Part shown: one piece after another, positions 19,007 through 28,777 of the stretch
How positions within the stretch are numbered: the first letter of the stretch is position 1
Layout of the letters: each line of letters begins with the position of its first letter
NCBI GenBank assembly: GCA_965277285.1
Contig: OZ255721.1
Location: forward strand, 3,136,001-3,200,000
Length of the DNA: 64,000 bases
DNA from: Abditibacteriaceae bacterium
GTDB lineage: Bacteria; Armatimonadota; Abditibacteriia; Abditibacteriales; Abditibacteriaceae
Direction: 5' to 3'
The notes under the pieces: generated by a model
The model's database searches: none
Told to the model about the DNA's origin: nothing
What the model saw: the letters and a program-made list of their open reading frames with translations, nothing else
Position numbers and translations under genes: made by a program

Positions 19007-20263
19007 GTGCAAAATCAAACTTCTTTCATCGAAAACGGCGGCGTTTTGTCGCCACAAAATTATCGCGGCGTCAGTTTGCGCGCCGGAATCAAAACGCAGG
19101 GCGACGATCTTTGCGTGCTGTGGAGCGAAACGCCCGCGACCTGCGCCGCTGTCTTCACGCAAAACGCCGTCAAAGCCGCGCCAGTCTGGGTTTCGGCTGA
19201 ACACGCGCAAAATGCGACGACGCGTGCCATCATTTGCAACAGCGGCAACGCCAATTGTTGCACCGGCGCGCAAGGTTTGAGCGACGCACAGAAAATGTGC
19301 GAACTCGCCAGCCATGTTCTCGATTGCGAATCAGGCGAAGTTCTCGTTTGTTCGACGGGAATTATCGGCCATAAATTGCCGATGCCGAAAATCGAAAGCG
19401 CGTTCGAGACTTTTAATGTGGGCGATTCGAGTACTCGATTTACGTCCGAGCAAATGGCGCGCGCCGTGATGACAACCGACTTGGTGCCGAAATTTTGCGC
19501 CGTGCAGTTTGAAATCAATGGTCACACCGTGACAATTGGCGGACAGGCCAAAGGTGTCGGCATGATCGGGCCGAATATGGCAGCGATCAGCAGTCAGTTG
19601 TCAGGGGCTGGTGGTCAGTTGCACGCGACGATGTTGTCGTTTTTGACGACCGATGCGCAGGTTGAAAAACAATTGCTGCAACGCGCTTTGGAAGAAGTGG
19701 TGGCGCGTTCGTTCAATTCCGTCACGGTCGATGGCGATACTTCGACCAACGATTCGTGTATTCTGTTGGCCAATGGCGCGAGTGGCGTCGAAATTACCGA
19801 CATCGAGTACTCGATATTCGTCGGAGCGTTGGGAAAAGTGTGCGTCGAACTCGCCAAAAAGATTGCGCGCGATGGCGAAGGCGCCACCAAATTGGTGCAA
19901 ATCGAAGTCAGCGGCGCTGCCAATGAAAGCGACGCAAAAACGATTGCGATGACGATTGCCAATTCGCCGCTGGTAAAAACCGCGATTTTCGGGCGCGACC
20001 CAAACTGGGGACGCATCGGCGCAGCGGCAGGGCGCAGCGGTGTCCGTTTCGACGCCGCTAAGATGCGCATTTCATTGGGCGAAATCGAAGTCTTCCGTGA
20101 CGGCGAACCAACAAGTTTCAACGTTCAAGAAGCTGAAGCGCAGATGTCGCACGACGATTTGACAATTGCGGTTCAACTTGGCGAAGGCGGCGCAAGTTGG
20201 ACAGCGTGGACGTGCGATTTTTCGTATGAGTATGTGAAGATCAACGCGGAGTATCATACGTGA
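19007..20263 (+). CDS. argJ: Ornithine acetyltransferase ArgJ
   Basis: NSGNANCCTG, STGIIG, MTTD, AKGVGMI, the ATML autocleavage site, VDGDTSTND, DGEGATK, DPNWGR and INAEYHT. Confidence 0.96.
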   Translation: MQNQTSFIENGGVLSPQNYRGVSLRAGIKTQGDDLCVLWSETPATCAAVFTQNAVKAAPVWVSAEHAQNATTRAIICNSGNANCCTGAQGLSDAQKMCELASHVLDCESGEVLVCSTGIIGHKLPMPKIESAFETFNVGDSSTRFTSEQMARAVMTTDLVPKFCAVQFEINGHTVTIGGQAKGVGMIGPNMAAISSQLSGAGGQLHATMLSFLTTDAQVEKQLLQRALEEVVARSFNSVTVDGDTSTNDSCILLANGASGVEITDIEYSIFVGALGKVCVELAKKIARDGEGATKLVQIEVSGAANESDAKTIAMTIANSPLVKTAIFGRDPNWGRIGAAAGRSGVRFDAAKMRISLGEIEVFRDGEPTSFNVQEAEAQMSHDDLTIAVQLGEGGASWTAWTCDFSYEYVKINAEYHT

Positions 20264-20270
20264 GAGTGTG

Positions 20271-20302
20271 AGGTACGGGCGAGGTATGCCTCGCCCGTAC
20301 CT
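20271..20302. repeat. REP-like hairpin upstream of the RAYT gene
   Basis: aggtacgggcgagg-tatg-cctcgcccgtacct. Confidence 0.85.
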
Positions 20303-20327
20303 TCACTTTCCTCTCCACCCTCTTTGT

Positions 20328-20897
20328 ATGAACCGTCAACTACATCAACCTCAGCGGCGTTCGATTCGTTGGCGCGGTTACGATTATTCGCAAAACGGCG
20401 CCTATTTTGTCTCGATTTCTGTGCAGCGTCGCGTGCGCCGCAAGGATGTCTTTGGTCGTATTGAAAGCGGCGTGATGAAATTGAATGTTTACGGGCGGAT
20501 TGTTGAAACTTGTTGGTTGTCATTGCCGGAACATTTTCCTGATGTAATTTTGGATGAATGGGTTGTGATGCCCAATCATTTTCATGGCATCGTGATGATC
20601 GCGCGCGATGCAGAGAATGCCATCGTACGGGCGAGGCATGCCTCGCCCGTACCTTCGCCCTTGACCGCACATGCGCCAACGTTGGGCACCATCATCGGCG
20701 CCTTCAAATCAGCGGTCACACGCCGCATCAACATCTATCGAGCCGAACGCAATTTACCGCCCGTCGAAGTTTGGCATCGCAACTATTTCGAGCGTGTCAT
20801 CCGCAACGAAAGCGAACTTGATGATACGCGCTGCTACCTCGCGCAAAACCCGTTGAACTGGGAAACCGACGAGCATCATCCCGCGGTTATCCATTGA
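20328..20897 (+). mobile_element. REP-associated tyrosine transposase (RAYT, Y1 HUH family)
   Basis: RRSIRWRGYDYSQNGAYFV, the HUH motif VMPNHFHG, IIGAFKS, WHRNY..VIRNE and the catalytic Tyr in YLAQNP. Confidence 0.9.
20625..20652. repeat. Second REP copy, in-frame inside the RAYT ORF
   Basis: gtacgggcgaggcatgcctcgcccgtac, a perfect 28-bp palindrome encoding VRARHASPV. Confidence 0.85.
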
Positions 20898-22419
20898 TAA
20901 CGTTCAACGTCGCAATAGGTTTGCGCGATGGAAGCTGTAGCGCATTTTCTTCGGCGTCTTGCGGCGCGCCCCAGAACTCCTGCAAGGTCGGGCCGTTTTT
21001 TACGCGGCGTTCGCGGCGCAGGAAGTTGCCAATTTCAAAATGCAAAACGCGCAGCCCGATTTCGTAATACCACTGCATCGCATGACGAATGGTGTGGTCG
21101 CGGTGCGTCAATAATCGCCACAAAGCGCGCGGGCGAACGTGCATGGCGACTTCGATCCACTTCGCCCACAGCAAAACGCGCCAAGGTTTGACGAATCGCG
21201 TACTCAAAACCTGATGCTTGTAATCCCATTTGCGTTGATCCAATTGAATAACTTGCCGGTTTGCCGCAATACGAAAAAACGGTGTCCAGCGATGCGGCGT
21301 GACATACATCAGTTGCAGTTGGTCGGGATCGTAAGAAAGCAATTGCTTCAAGCCGCGCCGATAATCGCGCGTGGTTTCTTCCTCGAAGCCGATTACCCAC
21401 GTCGCCATCGAAAGAATGTCGTGCTGACGTAGCAAACGAATCGCTTCGCGGTCAGTTGTGGTCGTGCCGCCTTTGCGGATTTTCTGCAGCGTCGCTTCGT
21501 CATAACTTTCCATGCCCATCAGCCATCGCGCCACGCCCGCTTTCTTATACAAATGCAAAATGTCGGCATCGCGCACGATGTCGTCGGCGCGCGTCGAACC
21601 GACAATCATCAGGTTCACATCTTCAGCGATCAGGGCTTCGAGAAATTCGCGCCAGACTTTGCGCGATGAGGTCGGGTTTTCGTCGGCGAAGTTGACGACT
21701 TGAACGCCGTGTTCGTGGTGCAACCATGCCAGTTCGCGCGCGAATTTCTGCGGGTCACGATGACGCCATTGTGTCCAGAAACCGCGCTGTCCGCAATAAT
21801 TGCAAAGATGTGGGCAGCCGCGCGAAAATTGCACCACGACCGCGCGCTTATCGCCCCAATACGAATAGTTCGCAAAATCAATCAGTTCCCAGCCAATGCG
21901 ATAATCATCGAGTACTCGAATCGTGGGCGCCGATGGTGCCGCAAATGGAACGTTGTCCTGGCGAAAAGCGATGCCCGCGATTTTCTCCAACGCTTCACCG
22001 TTTTGCAGTGCGCGCATAACCTGTCGCGCGGTTTCTTCGCCTTCGCCGCGCACGATGACATCAATTTGCGGCTCTTGCTCCAGCACGTCGCGCCAATGAT
22101 AAGTGGGAAAAACGCCACCATAAACGATCTTGATTTGCGGCCTGCGTTGACGAATTTGCCGCGTGATTGCGGCGATGGTCGGATGCGCCGACGTTGAACC
22201 TGAATGTCCCAGCAGAACGGCATCAGGCGCGTGTTCGAGGACTCGATGCACGATTTCATCGATAGAAAGCGGCCCGAACTCGGCATCGAGAAGACGAACG
22301 TCGTGCCCGTCGTCCAGCAACGGGCCGCCAATCGCCAAAAGTCCCAGCGGCGGCAAATGTTCGCGTGGAATGCGGCTGCCGATGGCTGTGTGCGGCGGGT
22401 TGATGAGCAGAATGCGCAT
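20887..22419 (-). CDS. B12-binding radical SAM protein, BchE-like family
   Basis: Cobalamin domain (PPLGLL, YGGVFPT, VRGEGE) and the CxxxCxxC motif in SRGCPHLCNYC. GAGG RBS before ATG 22419. Confidence 0.85.
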   Translation of the reverse strand: MRILLINPPHTAIGSRIPREHLPPLGLLAIGGPLLDDGHDVRLLDAEFGPLSIDEIVHRVLEHAPDAVLLGHSGSTSAHPTIAAITRQIRQRRPQIKIVYGGVFPTYHWRDVLEQEPQIDVIVRGEGEETARQVMRALQNGEALEKIAGIAFRQDNVPFAAPSAPTIRVLDDYRIGWELIDFANYSYWGDKRAVVVQFSRGCPHLCNYCGQRGFWTQWRHRDPQKFARELAWLHHEHGVQVVNFADENPTSSRKVWREFLEALIAEDVNLMIVGSTRADDIVRDADILHLYKKAGVARWLMGMESYDEATLQKIRKGGTTTTDREAIRLLRQHDILSMATWVIGFEEETTRDYRRGLKQLLSYDPDQLQLMYVTPHRWTPFFRIAANRQVIQLDQRKWDYKHQVLSTRFVKPWRVLLWAKWIEVAMHVRPRALWRLLTHRDHTIRHAMQWYYEIGLRVLHFEIGNFLRRERRVKNGPTLQEFWGAPQDAEENALQLPSRKPIATLNVING

Positions 22420-22578
22420 GATGTCCTCGCTGTGCAATAAATCGTTACGATGTATTGTGCATCGCAAGCGAGGATTTTTCCGCCGCTCAAAGACCGCGAT
22501 ATGTGCACTCAAGTGCTTGCCAATCAAGTACTCGAAGTCAGGCGATAAAGCCGAAACATTTTTGCACTTGCTTAAGAA

Positions 22579-22663
22579 ACCACCAAGGCACAAAGAACAG
22601 CAAGAAGAAAAAAGTTTGATTTAAGAACTTGATTCTCTTGGTGTCCTTTGTGCCTTGGTGGTT
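22579..22663. repeat. Long imperfect hairpin (family C, CACxAAG/CACAGAG type)
   Basis: aaccaccaaggcacaaag ... ctttgtgccttggtggtt. Confidence 0.75.
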
Positions 22664-22689
22664 TTCTTTTATTCGCAACCAGCGTTTCC

Positions 22690-23670
22690 TTACGCCAAAG
22701 TCTCACGGATAAATTGGATGTCGCTGTCGCTCAAGGTGCGATTGGCGGCGCCGACGTTACATTGCGCCTGGCGCTCGTTGCGAAAGCCTGGAATGACGCA
22801 CGCCACGCGCGGTTGCGCCAGAATGTAATTCAAGGCGAGTGCCGCTAAATCTTCGGTCGATGAGCCAAAGCGTTCTTTCAATTTCTGCAATTTCGGCTTG
22901 AGTTCGGCAATCGCTTCGGCGCTGAACGCCTGGCTGTCTTTGCGATTGTCGCCTGGCTCAAATTCCGGCGGTTTCGACGGATCATATTTGTCCAGCAAGC
23001 GCGCCTGCGCCAGCGGACTGAACGCGACAAATGTCAGATTGTACTTTTCCATCAACTGGCTGACACGCGAACCCGGGCGCACAAAACCATCGTCGAGAGC
23101 GTTCGCCCAACTTTGCAAAACCTGTGGCCTGACAATTGGCACCAGTCTCTCGAAATCGTCCGCCGAATACGCCGATTGACCTTTAACGCGAACTTTGCCT
23201 TCTTCGACCAACTTGTCCATCGTCGCGGCAGCGTCTTCCAAATACACATCGTTTTCGCCAAAGCTGCCGTGATGAAAATAATAAACGTCGATATAATCGC
23301 GTCCCAGATTGAGCAGCGATTGTTCACATTGGTGGCGAATGTGCGCCGGTTCGTAGGCGTGCGCAGCGGTGCCCGGAAAATGCCCGATTTTGGTGGCGAT
23401 CACGACATCTTCTGACTTGATGCCGAGCTTTTTGAGTACTCGATAAAGCATTTGTTCGGCGCGACCGTTGCCGTAAACGTCGGCGTTGTCGAAGTGATTG
23501 ACGCCTGCGTCCAAACCGATTTTGATAGCGCGCGTCACTTCGTCTTCATCGACATTCGCCCAACCATTGGGATTGCCGTTGACCCAGTTCAAGCCGCCCA
23601 TCGTCCAGCAACCGAAACTGATTTCCGAAACCTTGACGCCACTTGTTCCTAACTCACGATAATTCATCAT
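22690..23670 (-). CDS. Aldo/keto reductase
   Basis: LGTSGVKVSEISFGCW, FDNADVYG, IATK, FSPLAQ and VIPG. Confidence 0.93.
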   Translation of the reverse strand: MMNYRELGTSGVKVSEISFGCWTMGGLNWVNGNPNGWANVDEDEVTRAIKIGLDAGVNHFDNADVYGNGRAEQMLYRVLKKLGIKSEDVVIATKIGHFPGTAAHAYEPAHIRHQCEQSLLNLGRDYIDVYYFHHGSFGENDVYLEDAAATMDKLVEEGKVRVKGQSAYSADDFERLVPIVRPQVLQSWANALDDGFVRPGSRVSQLMEKYNLTFVAFSPLAQARLLDKYDPSKPPEFEPGDNRKDSQAFSAEAIAELKPKLQKLKERFGSSTEDLAALALNYILAQPRVACVIPGFRNERQAQCNVGAANRTLSDSDIQFIRETLA

Positions 23671-23687
23671 TTCTCCTGTAAATAAAA

Positions 23688-23755
23688 GCGAACCCGAAGC
23701 GTCAGCGAGGGAGATGTTTGATTATAAATCTCCCTCGCTGACGCTTCGAATTCGC
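23688..23755. repeat. REP-doublet hairpin (family A)
   Basis: gcgaacccgaagcgtcagcgagggagat ... atctccctcgctgacgcttcgaattcgc. Confidence 0.85.
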
Positions 23756-24201
23756 TATAACTCAAAGCGATAGCGACATTTTTGGCGTTCGCCTTCACGA
23801 TACATCTCGCAATCGGTCGGCAAATCCACAATTTCGATCATTTGGCCGCCCGCGATTTCACAACTGCGGCGCGACGCGAAGTTATCGGGATTGCAAGTAA
23901 TCCACAGCGGATTCAAACCGTGACGACGCGCCAGGGGCAACAGCAATCGAACCGAACGCGCCGCGAGATGATGGCCGCGAAAGGCGGGTTGCACGCCATA
24001 ACCGATTTGTCCGGCGTACATTGTCAGAAATTCGCTGTCGCCGATGCGGAGCGTTATGCTGCCCATTCGCGCGCCGTCGCTGGTGCGCGTCATGTGAAAA
24101 ATATATTGCGGCGACCAGTTGAGCGTCGCATGGCGCGTTTGTATAACGATAAGCTGTAAATCGTCGTCAATCAAAACGCCAGGATCAAAAAACTGAAACA
24201 A
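23755..24201 (-). CDS. GNAT family N-acetyltransferase
   Basis: GQIGYGVQPAFRGHHLA and WITCNPDNFASRRSCE. Start codon uncertain; the frame is open to 24387. Confidence 0.85.
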   Translation of the reverse strand: MFQFFDPGVLIDDDLQLIVIQTRHATLNWSPQYIFHMTRTSDGARMGSITLRIGDSEFLTMYAGQIGYGVQPAFRGHHLAARSVRLLLPLARRHGLNPLWITCNPDNFASRRSCEIAGGQMIEIVDLPTDCEMYREGERQKCRYRFEL

Positions 24202-24326
24202 TGGGTTTGTCGTTTTGTCCGGCGCGACTGGTTGATGCGCGTCATAGATTTGACGCGACCATGCGCGCTTGATAAGACTTGACACGTTTTCCAATCCTTC
24301 TTTCATTTTGCCGTTTGGAGTTCCCC

Positions 24327-26972
24327 GTGAAGTTTGCTCGTTCTTTGTGCCTTGCGTTCGGCGCCCTCTGCGCGATTTTTGCGCCACGTTTGCAGTCCAA
24401 ACCCTTTAGTCAACATTTGGTGACAAAAACGCCAGCCAAAACGTTTTCGAGTACTCGATTGGCGTCTTCAACCTCGCCGTTTTCTGTCACGCCAAACGTT
24501 TCGCCATATGACGCTTTGCTCGATCCTAATCGCAATCGTTTTCCGCAATCGAGTTTGCACGACTTTTCAGATTTGACCCAGCTTGCAGCCGGAAAACGCG
24601 GTTTTTTGACGCGTCGTGGCGCGCATTTCTACTGGGCGAATGGAAGCCGCGCGCGTTTCTGGGGCATCAACGTCGCCAACACAACCTTGCAACAATCCGA
24701 CGCGGACATCGACCACATGATCGTCAACTTTCGCCGCGCCGGTTTCAACCTGATTCGCCTGCATCACTTCGATGAACGCGACGGCATTATCGCCGAAAAC
24801 CGTCCCGATTCACGGCATTTTCTTCAATCGCGCCTGCGCAAACTCGATTACTGGATTTATCGCGCCGGTCAAAACGGCATTTCGATTTATCTCGATTTAT
24901 TGGATTATCGGCGCTTCAAAGACGGCGACGGCGTGGTCAATGCCGAAGCGATTGGACGCGCCGCGCGACCTTACAACGTCTTCGATCCGCGCTTAATCGA
25001 ACTGCAAAAAGAATACGCGCGAATGCTGTTGCGCGATCATGTCAACTTTTACACCAAACTGGCGTATGCTGATGACCCGACCGTTGTGATGCTGGAAATG
25101 TACGACGAATCAGGCTTGTTCATGCGCCGCAACGTATGGCGAAAAATGCCAGCGCCATATGAAAATAATTTCAAGACTTTGTGGAACAATTGGCTGCTCA
25201 AACAATATGGTTCAACGAGCAAGCTGCGCGAAGTTTGGGGCAATCGAGTACTCGATTCCGGCGAAAACCTGGAAGATGGCACGGTTCAACTTCCCGCTTT
25301 AACGCCTTCGCCGGAAAAGTTGCCAATGGCTGAGCAGAAATGGGCGCAAGCCGCGCGGCGCAACGATGGCGCGCGTTTCGCGGACGACGTGCAAAGCCGT
25401 TTTCTGCGCGACATGAAAAGTTATCTGCGCTCGCTTGGCGTCCGCGTTCCGATTTCCACGGTCGGACGTTTCGACGACATCGCCGACTTGAAAGGCGTGG
25501 CGCAGGAATGCGATTTCACCGCGTCCAACTTTTATTACGATCATCCGTATTGGCCAGCCGATCAGCCCGCGTGGAAAGCGCCGTCTTACTTTTATAATCG
25601 CAATCCGCTGGGCGACACATCGGAAAAATCATTCGCCTGGTCGATTGCGCAAAGTCGCATCAAAGGTACGCCGCTGGTCGTGCGCGAATGGAATTATTGC
25701 TGGCCGAATGACAATCGCGCGGCGGGAATGATCGAAGCCGCCAGTTATGCGGCCTTGCAAGATGTCGACGCCCTGATTTTGTTCGGCTACGAAGTGATGC
25801 CGACGCCGCGCGTTTTCTACTTCAACGTGCGCTCCGACACAGCGCGCTGGGGTTTGTGCGGCGTCGCGTCGCAGGTTTTCTTGAAAGGTTTGGTTCAACC
25901 GGCGAAGAATGAAATCGTGATTCCATTCAATGATGTCGACACTTTTTCCTACCGTGAGTACTCGAACGCGTTCTACAATCTGGCGTGGAACGCGCGCGTC
26001 GAAAACGATTTTTATGACAAAATTTATCGCGCGGATGCGACGACGAACTTGATTTTGACGAACGGACGCAGTGGAATTGGAACGTTTGAAGGCGCGCCCG
26101 CGCTGTTGCATACGGAAAACCTGGCGCGCGACGTTTGGGGCCGTGACATCGGCGCGCCCGAATACTTGAGCGAATACAACCTCACAACGCGTCCAGCGAC
26201 GAACGCGAAGTTAGGTTACGACGGCGTTTTGTATGCGCGCGGCGCGACAGTGCGCAGCAACTTGCCGCTGGCATTACCTTTGTCATTGCTGCGCTTGCAA
26301 AACCGCGAAGTCATCGGCACTGATGACGAAAACGATGTGGCGCACGGTTTTCTCGACCGCGCGCAAAAGCGTCTGGTTTTCGGCAGTTTGGACGATGACG
26401 AGACGATCATCGCGGCGCGCCAGGCTTTACGCTTGTTCGCACCCAATATCGAGTACTCGAAGTTGGATTTTGGGCGCGACGTGAAAGTTGCGATTTCCGA
26501 CACGGGCGAATTGCGACGCGATGCGACGCGCGAAACGTTGCAAATTGACACGTCACAATTTCAGGCGATTTGTGGAAGAATTGATGCGGATCAAAGTGCG
26601 AAGTTGTCTTCGTTGAAAGTGGAAAACGGGCGCGGCGTCTGGGTCGCGCTTTCTCTGGACGGTTTACCATTGAACCGTTCGCGGCGCTGGATGTTGAAAA
26701 ACGTGACGAATGCGCGCAACCGCGACCAGAAAGTCGTGCGCGATGAGCGTTATCCCAAGCAGTGGAAAATGAGCGTGGCGGGCATTGGGCCAGTCGAAAC
26801 ATCGGTTGAAACAGCGGGACGAGTATCGAGTACTCGAACGCGCGTTTGGATGAACGGAAAGTTGGTGCTGGAGATCGGCTTGGATGGCGGAGCGTTCGAG
26901 TTGCAAGTTGATGGCAACCAAACACGTTTTTGGTGCGACACGCCAAACGTTCCATTGCGCGTGCTGCGTTGA
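24327..26972 (+). CDS. Secreted clan GH-A glycoside hydrolase (GH5-like)
   Basis: Signal peptide, RFWGINV, GFNLIRLHH, HVNFYT..YADDP, EMYDESGL and PLVVREWN. GGAG RBS before the GTG. Confidence 0.75.
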   Translation: MKFARSLCLAFGALCAIFAPRLQSKPFSQHLVTKTPAKTFSSTRLASSTSPFSVTPNVSPYDALLDPNRNRFPQSSLHDFSDLTQLAAGKRGFLTRRGAHFYWANGSRARFWGINVANTTLQQSDADIDHMIVNFRRAGFNLIRLHHFDERDGIIAENRPDSRHFLQSRLRKLDYWIYRAGQNGISIYLDLLDYRRFKDGDGVVNAEAIGRAARPYNVFDPRLIELQKEYARMLLRDHVNFYTKLAYADDPTVVMLEMYDESGLFMRRNVWRKMPAPYENNFKTLWNNWLLKQYGSTSKLREVWGNRVLDSGENLEDGTVQLPALTPSPEKLPMAEQKWAQAARRNDGARFADDVQSRFLRDMKSYLRSLGVRVPISTVGRFDDIADLKGVAQECDFTASNFYYDHPYWPADQPAWKAPSYFYNRNPLGDTSEKSFAWSIAQSRIKGTPLVVREWNYCWPNDNRAAGMIEAASYAALQDVDALILFGYEVMPTPRVFYFNVRSDTARWGLCGVASQVFLKGLVQPAKNEIVIPFNDVDTFSYREYSNAFYNLAWNARVENDFYDKIYRADATTNLILTNGRSGIGTFEGAPALLHTENLARDVWGRDIGAPEYLSEYNLTTRPATNAKLGYDGVLYARGATVRSNLPLALPLSLLRLQNREVIGTDDENDVAHGFLDRAQKRLVFGSLDDDETIIAARQALRLFAPNIEYSKLDFGRDVKVAISDTGELRRDATRETLQIDTSQFQAICGRIDADQSAKLSSLKVENGRGVWVALSLDGLPLNRSRRWMLKNVTNARNRDQKVVRDERYPKQWKMSVAGIGPVETSVETAGRVSSTRTRVWMNGKLVLEIGLDGGAFELQVDGNQTRFWCDTPNVPLRVLR

Positions 26973-27218
26973 AGGTTGTACGTCCGTGGCGCGATGTGCG
27001 GAACTGGGGAATTCAAGAGGAATTTGTCGCGCATTTTCTGCGGAATTTTGTTAAGATAAACGCACTTCCAAATTATTTCGATGGCCATTCGCCAGGCGGA
27101 AGTGCGTCGAGACAGTTTTTATCAACACTTTTGCCAAACATTGTTGTACCGCGTTGACCGTTTTCGCGCTTCGATTGCCTTTAGTGGTGGTTGGAAAAGC
27201 GCGGGCGGGGAGAAAACC

Positions 27219-28637
27219 ATGAAGCAAGGAACACTTTCAGTTGTTGCCGCTGCCGCCGCCGTCACTGTACTGGGCGTTTGGAGCGTCGCATCGCCAGCGC
27301 GCACCACGAGTTCCAAGACAAAGAGCATTTCGAGTACTCGAAAGAAGAACTTGAAAGTGAAACCGGCGTTGCCGCGCTTCCTGCCGATTCGGGACATCAA
27401 AACCTTGCGCGAATTGCGTATGGCGCGCCCCAAATGGATGCCCGATCCATTAGCTCCGGTTCTGACACCGGAATTCGATGGCAAAATGCCGAAGAACCTG
27501 CGCGACTTGCCAGCTTTTGGCGACCGCGCAATGAGCGAACGCGATTTTCAGCAAATCACGCGCTCTTCGGCGCAGCGGACGCGTCGAACCACACGCCGCA
27601 CGACGCGCATCACGCGCAGCGTCCCCATGTTTCCCTCTTCGATTGCACCCGCACAAATTGTGGGTGCGCAGCGCACCATCACGCCGCACTGGGTTCGCTA
27701 TCCTTTGGAATTTCAGCTCGCAGGCGTCGGACTGGGAACTTTGGCGGTCAACAAAGATCGCTTCGACCGCATTGATCGCTATGGCTTGTTTGCGATGCAT
27801 GGCAACCCGACCGCGATTGTGGTGCCGATTCGTCAGGCGGCGGCATCTGGTGGCTCTGGCGGCGCAAGTGGTTCCGGTGGAGAAGGCAGTTCTCAGGGTT
27901 CGCCGCAGGGAAGCGCGGGCGGCTCTGGTGGCGGCAGTGGTTCCAGCGGCGGCGGTTCCGTGGGTGGTACAGCGGATGCGCCCGGAACGCTCAGCGTGCA
28001 GCAGCAGCCGCCGGAGTATTCACCCCGTTTCGCCCTTTCGCAGAATGGTTCGGTTCCGGCCTGGGCGAACGCGTGTATCGTTGATCTCGATTCCAACCAC
28101 GTCGAATGGCTTTATAATCGCGGCAACTACGCGATGGGTTTCGTGGTGGATCGTTTGGGTTATGTCGATGGCATTGTCGTTGCGGGCATTCAGTCCGATA
28201 TTGCCAACACGCAGTTGGAAGACCCGGAACACACCGTCAAACTGGGCGATGACTTGCGCAAAGTCTTGTTCCGTTATGGTTATCCCGATTCGTTCACAAC
28301 CTATCTGGTGTCGTTTGGCGGCGGTGCTTCAGCCGGTAGTGGTGGTGGTGGTGCTTCAGGCGGTGGAAGTCAAGGCGGCGCGCCAAGCGGTGGTCAGGGC
28401 GGTGCCCCAAGCGGCGGCGAAGGTGGCAGTTCTGGCGGCGGTGCTTCTGGTGGTGGCGGCGCAGGCGGCGGTTCGGGCGCGACGAACAACATCAACCGCG
28501 TTTTTGAAGTGCGCTACGAGCAAAGCTACAACATCGTTTTTACGATCTCCTACAACCGCGTAGTGCGAATGTACATCTTCGGCGATCCCGATTATTTCAC
28601 CGAGGCGCGTCGCAATCGTTTGCGGACGCAGTATTAA
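27219..28637 (+). CDS. Secreted hypothetical protein with Gly/Ser-rich insertions
   Basis: N-terminal hydrophobic segment and two long GS-rich tracts. GGAG RBS. Confidence 0.75.
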   Translation: MKQGTLSVVAAAAAVTVLGVWSVASPARTTSSKTKSISSTRKKNLKVKPALPRFLPIRDIKTLRELRMARPKWMPDPLAPVLTPEFDGKMPKNLRDLPAFGDRAMSERDFQQITRSSAQRTRRTTRRTTRITRSVPMFPSSIAPAQIVGAQRTITPHWVRYPLEFQLAGVGLGTLAVNKDRFDRIDRYGLFAMHGNPTAIVVPIRQAAASGGSGGASGSGGEGSSQGSPQGSAGGSGGGSGSSGGGSVGGTADAPGTLSVQQQPPEYSPRFALSQNGSVPAWANACIVDLDSNHVEWLYNRGNYAMGFVVDRLGYVDGIVVAGIQSDIANTQLEDPEHTVKLGDDLRKVLFRYGYPDSFTTYLVSFGGGASAGSGGGGASGGGSQGGAPSGGQGGAPSGGEGGSSGGGASGGGGAGGGSGATNNINRVFEVRYEQSYNIVFTISYNRVVRMYIFGDPDYFTEARRNRLRTQY

Positions 28638-28777
28638 CATCGTTATTCAAGACGTTTGGAATGGGACACAACATGAGGCACAGCCGGTACACTTCGAGTA
28701 CTCGCTGTGCCTCACTGTTTGCGGGAATGAGCAATCGTGGGCAACGGCAAACGCAATCATTTAAGGACGAGAAGCGA

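Noticed and set aside
20887..22419. Evidence of phototrophy from the BchE-like gene
   Set aside because: No other bch or photosystem genes are in the window, and the family includes many non-phototroph members.
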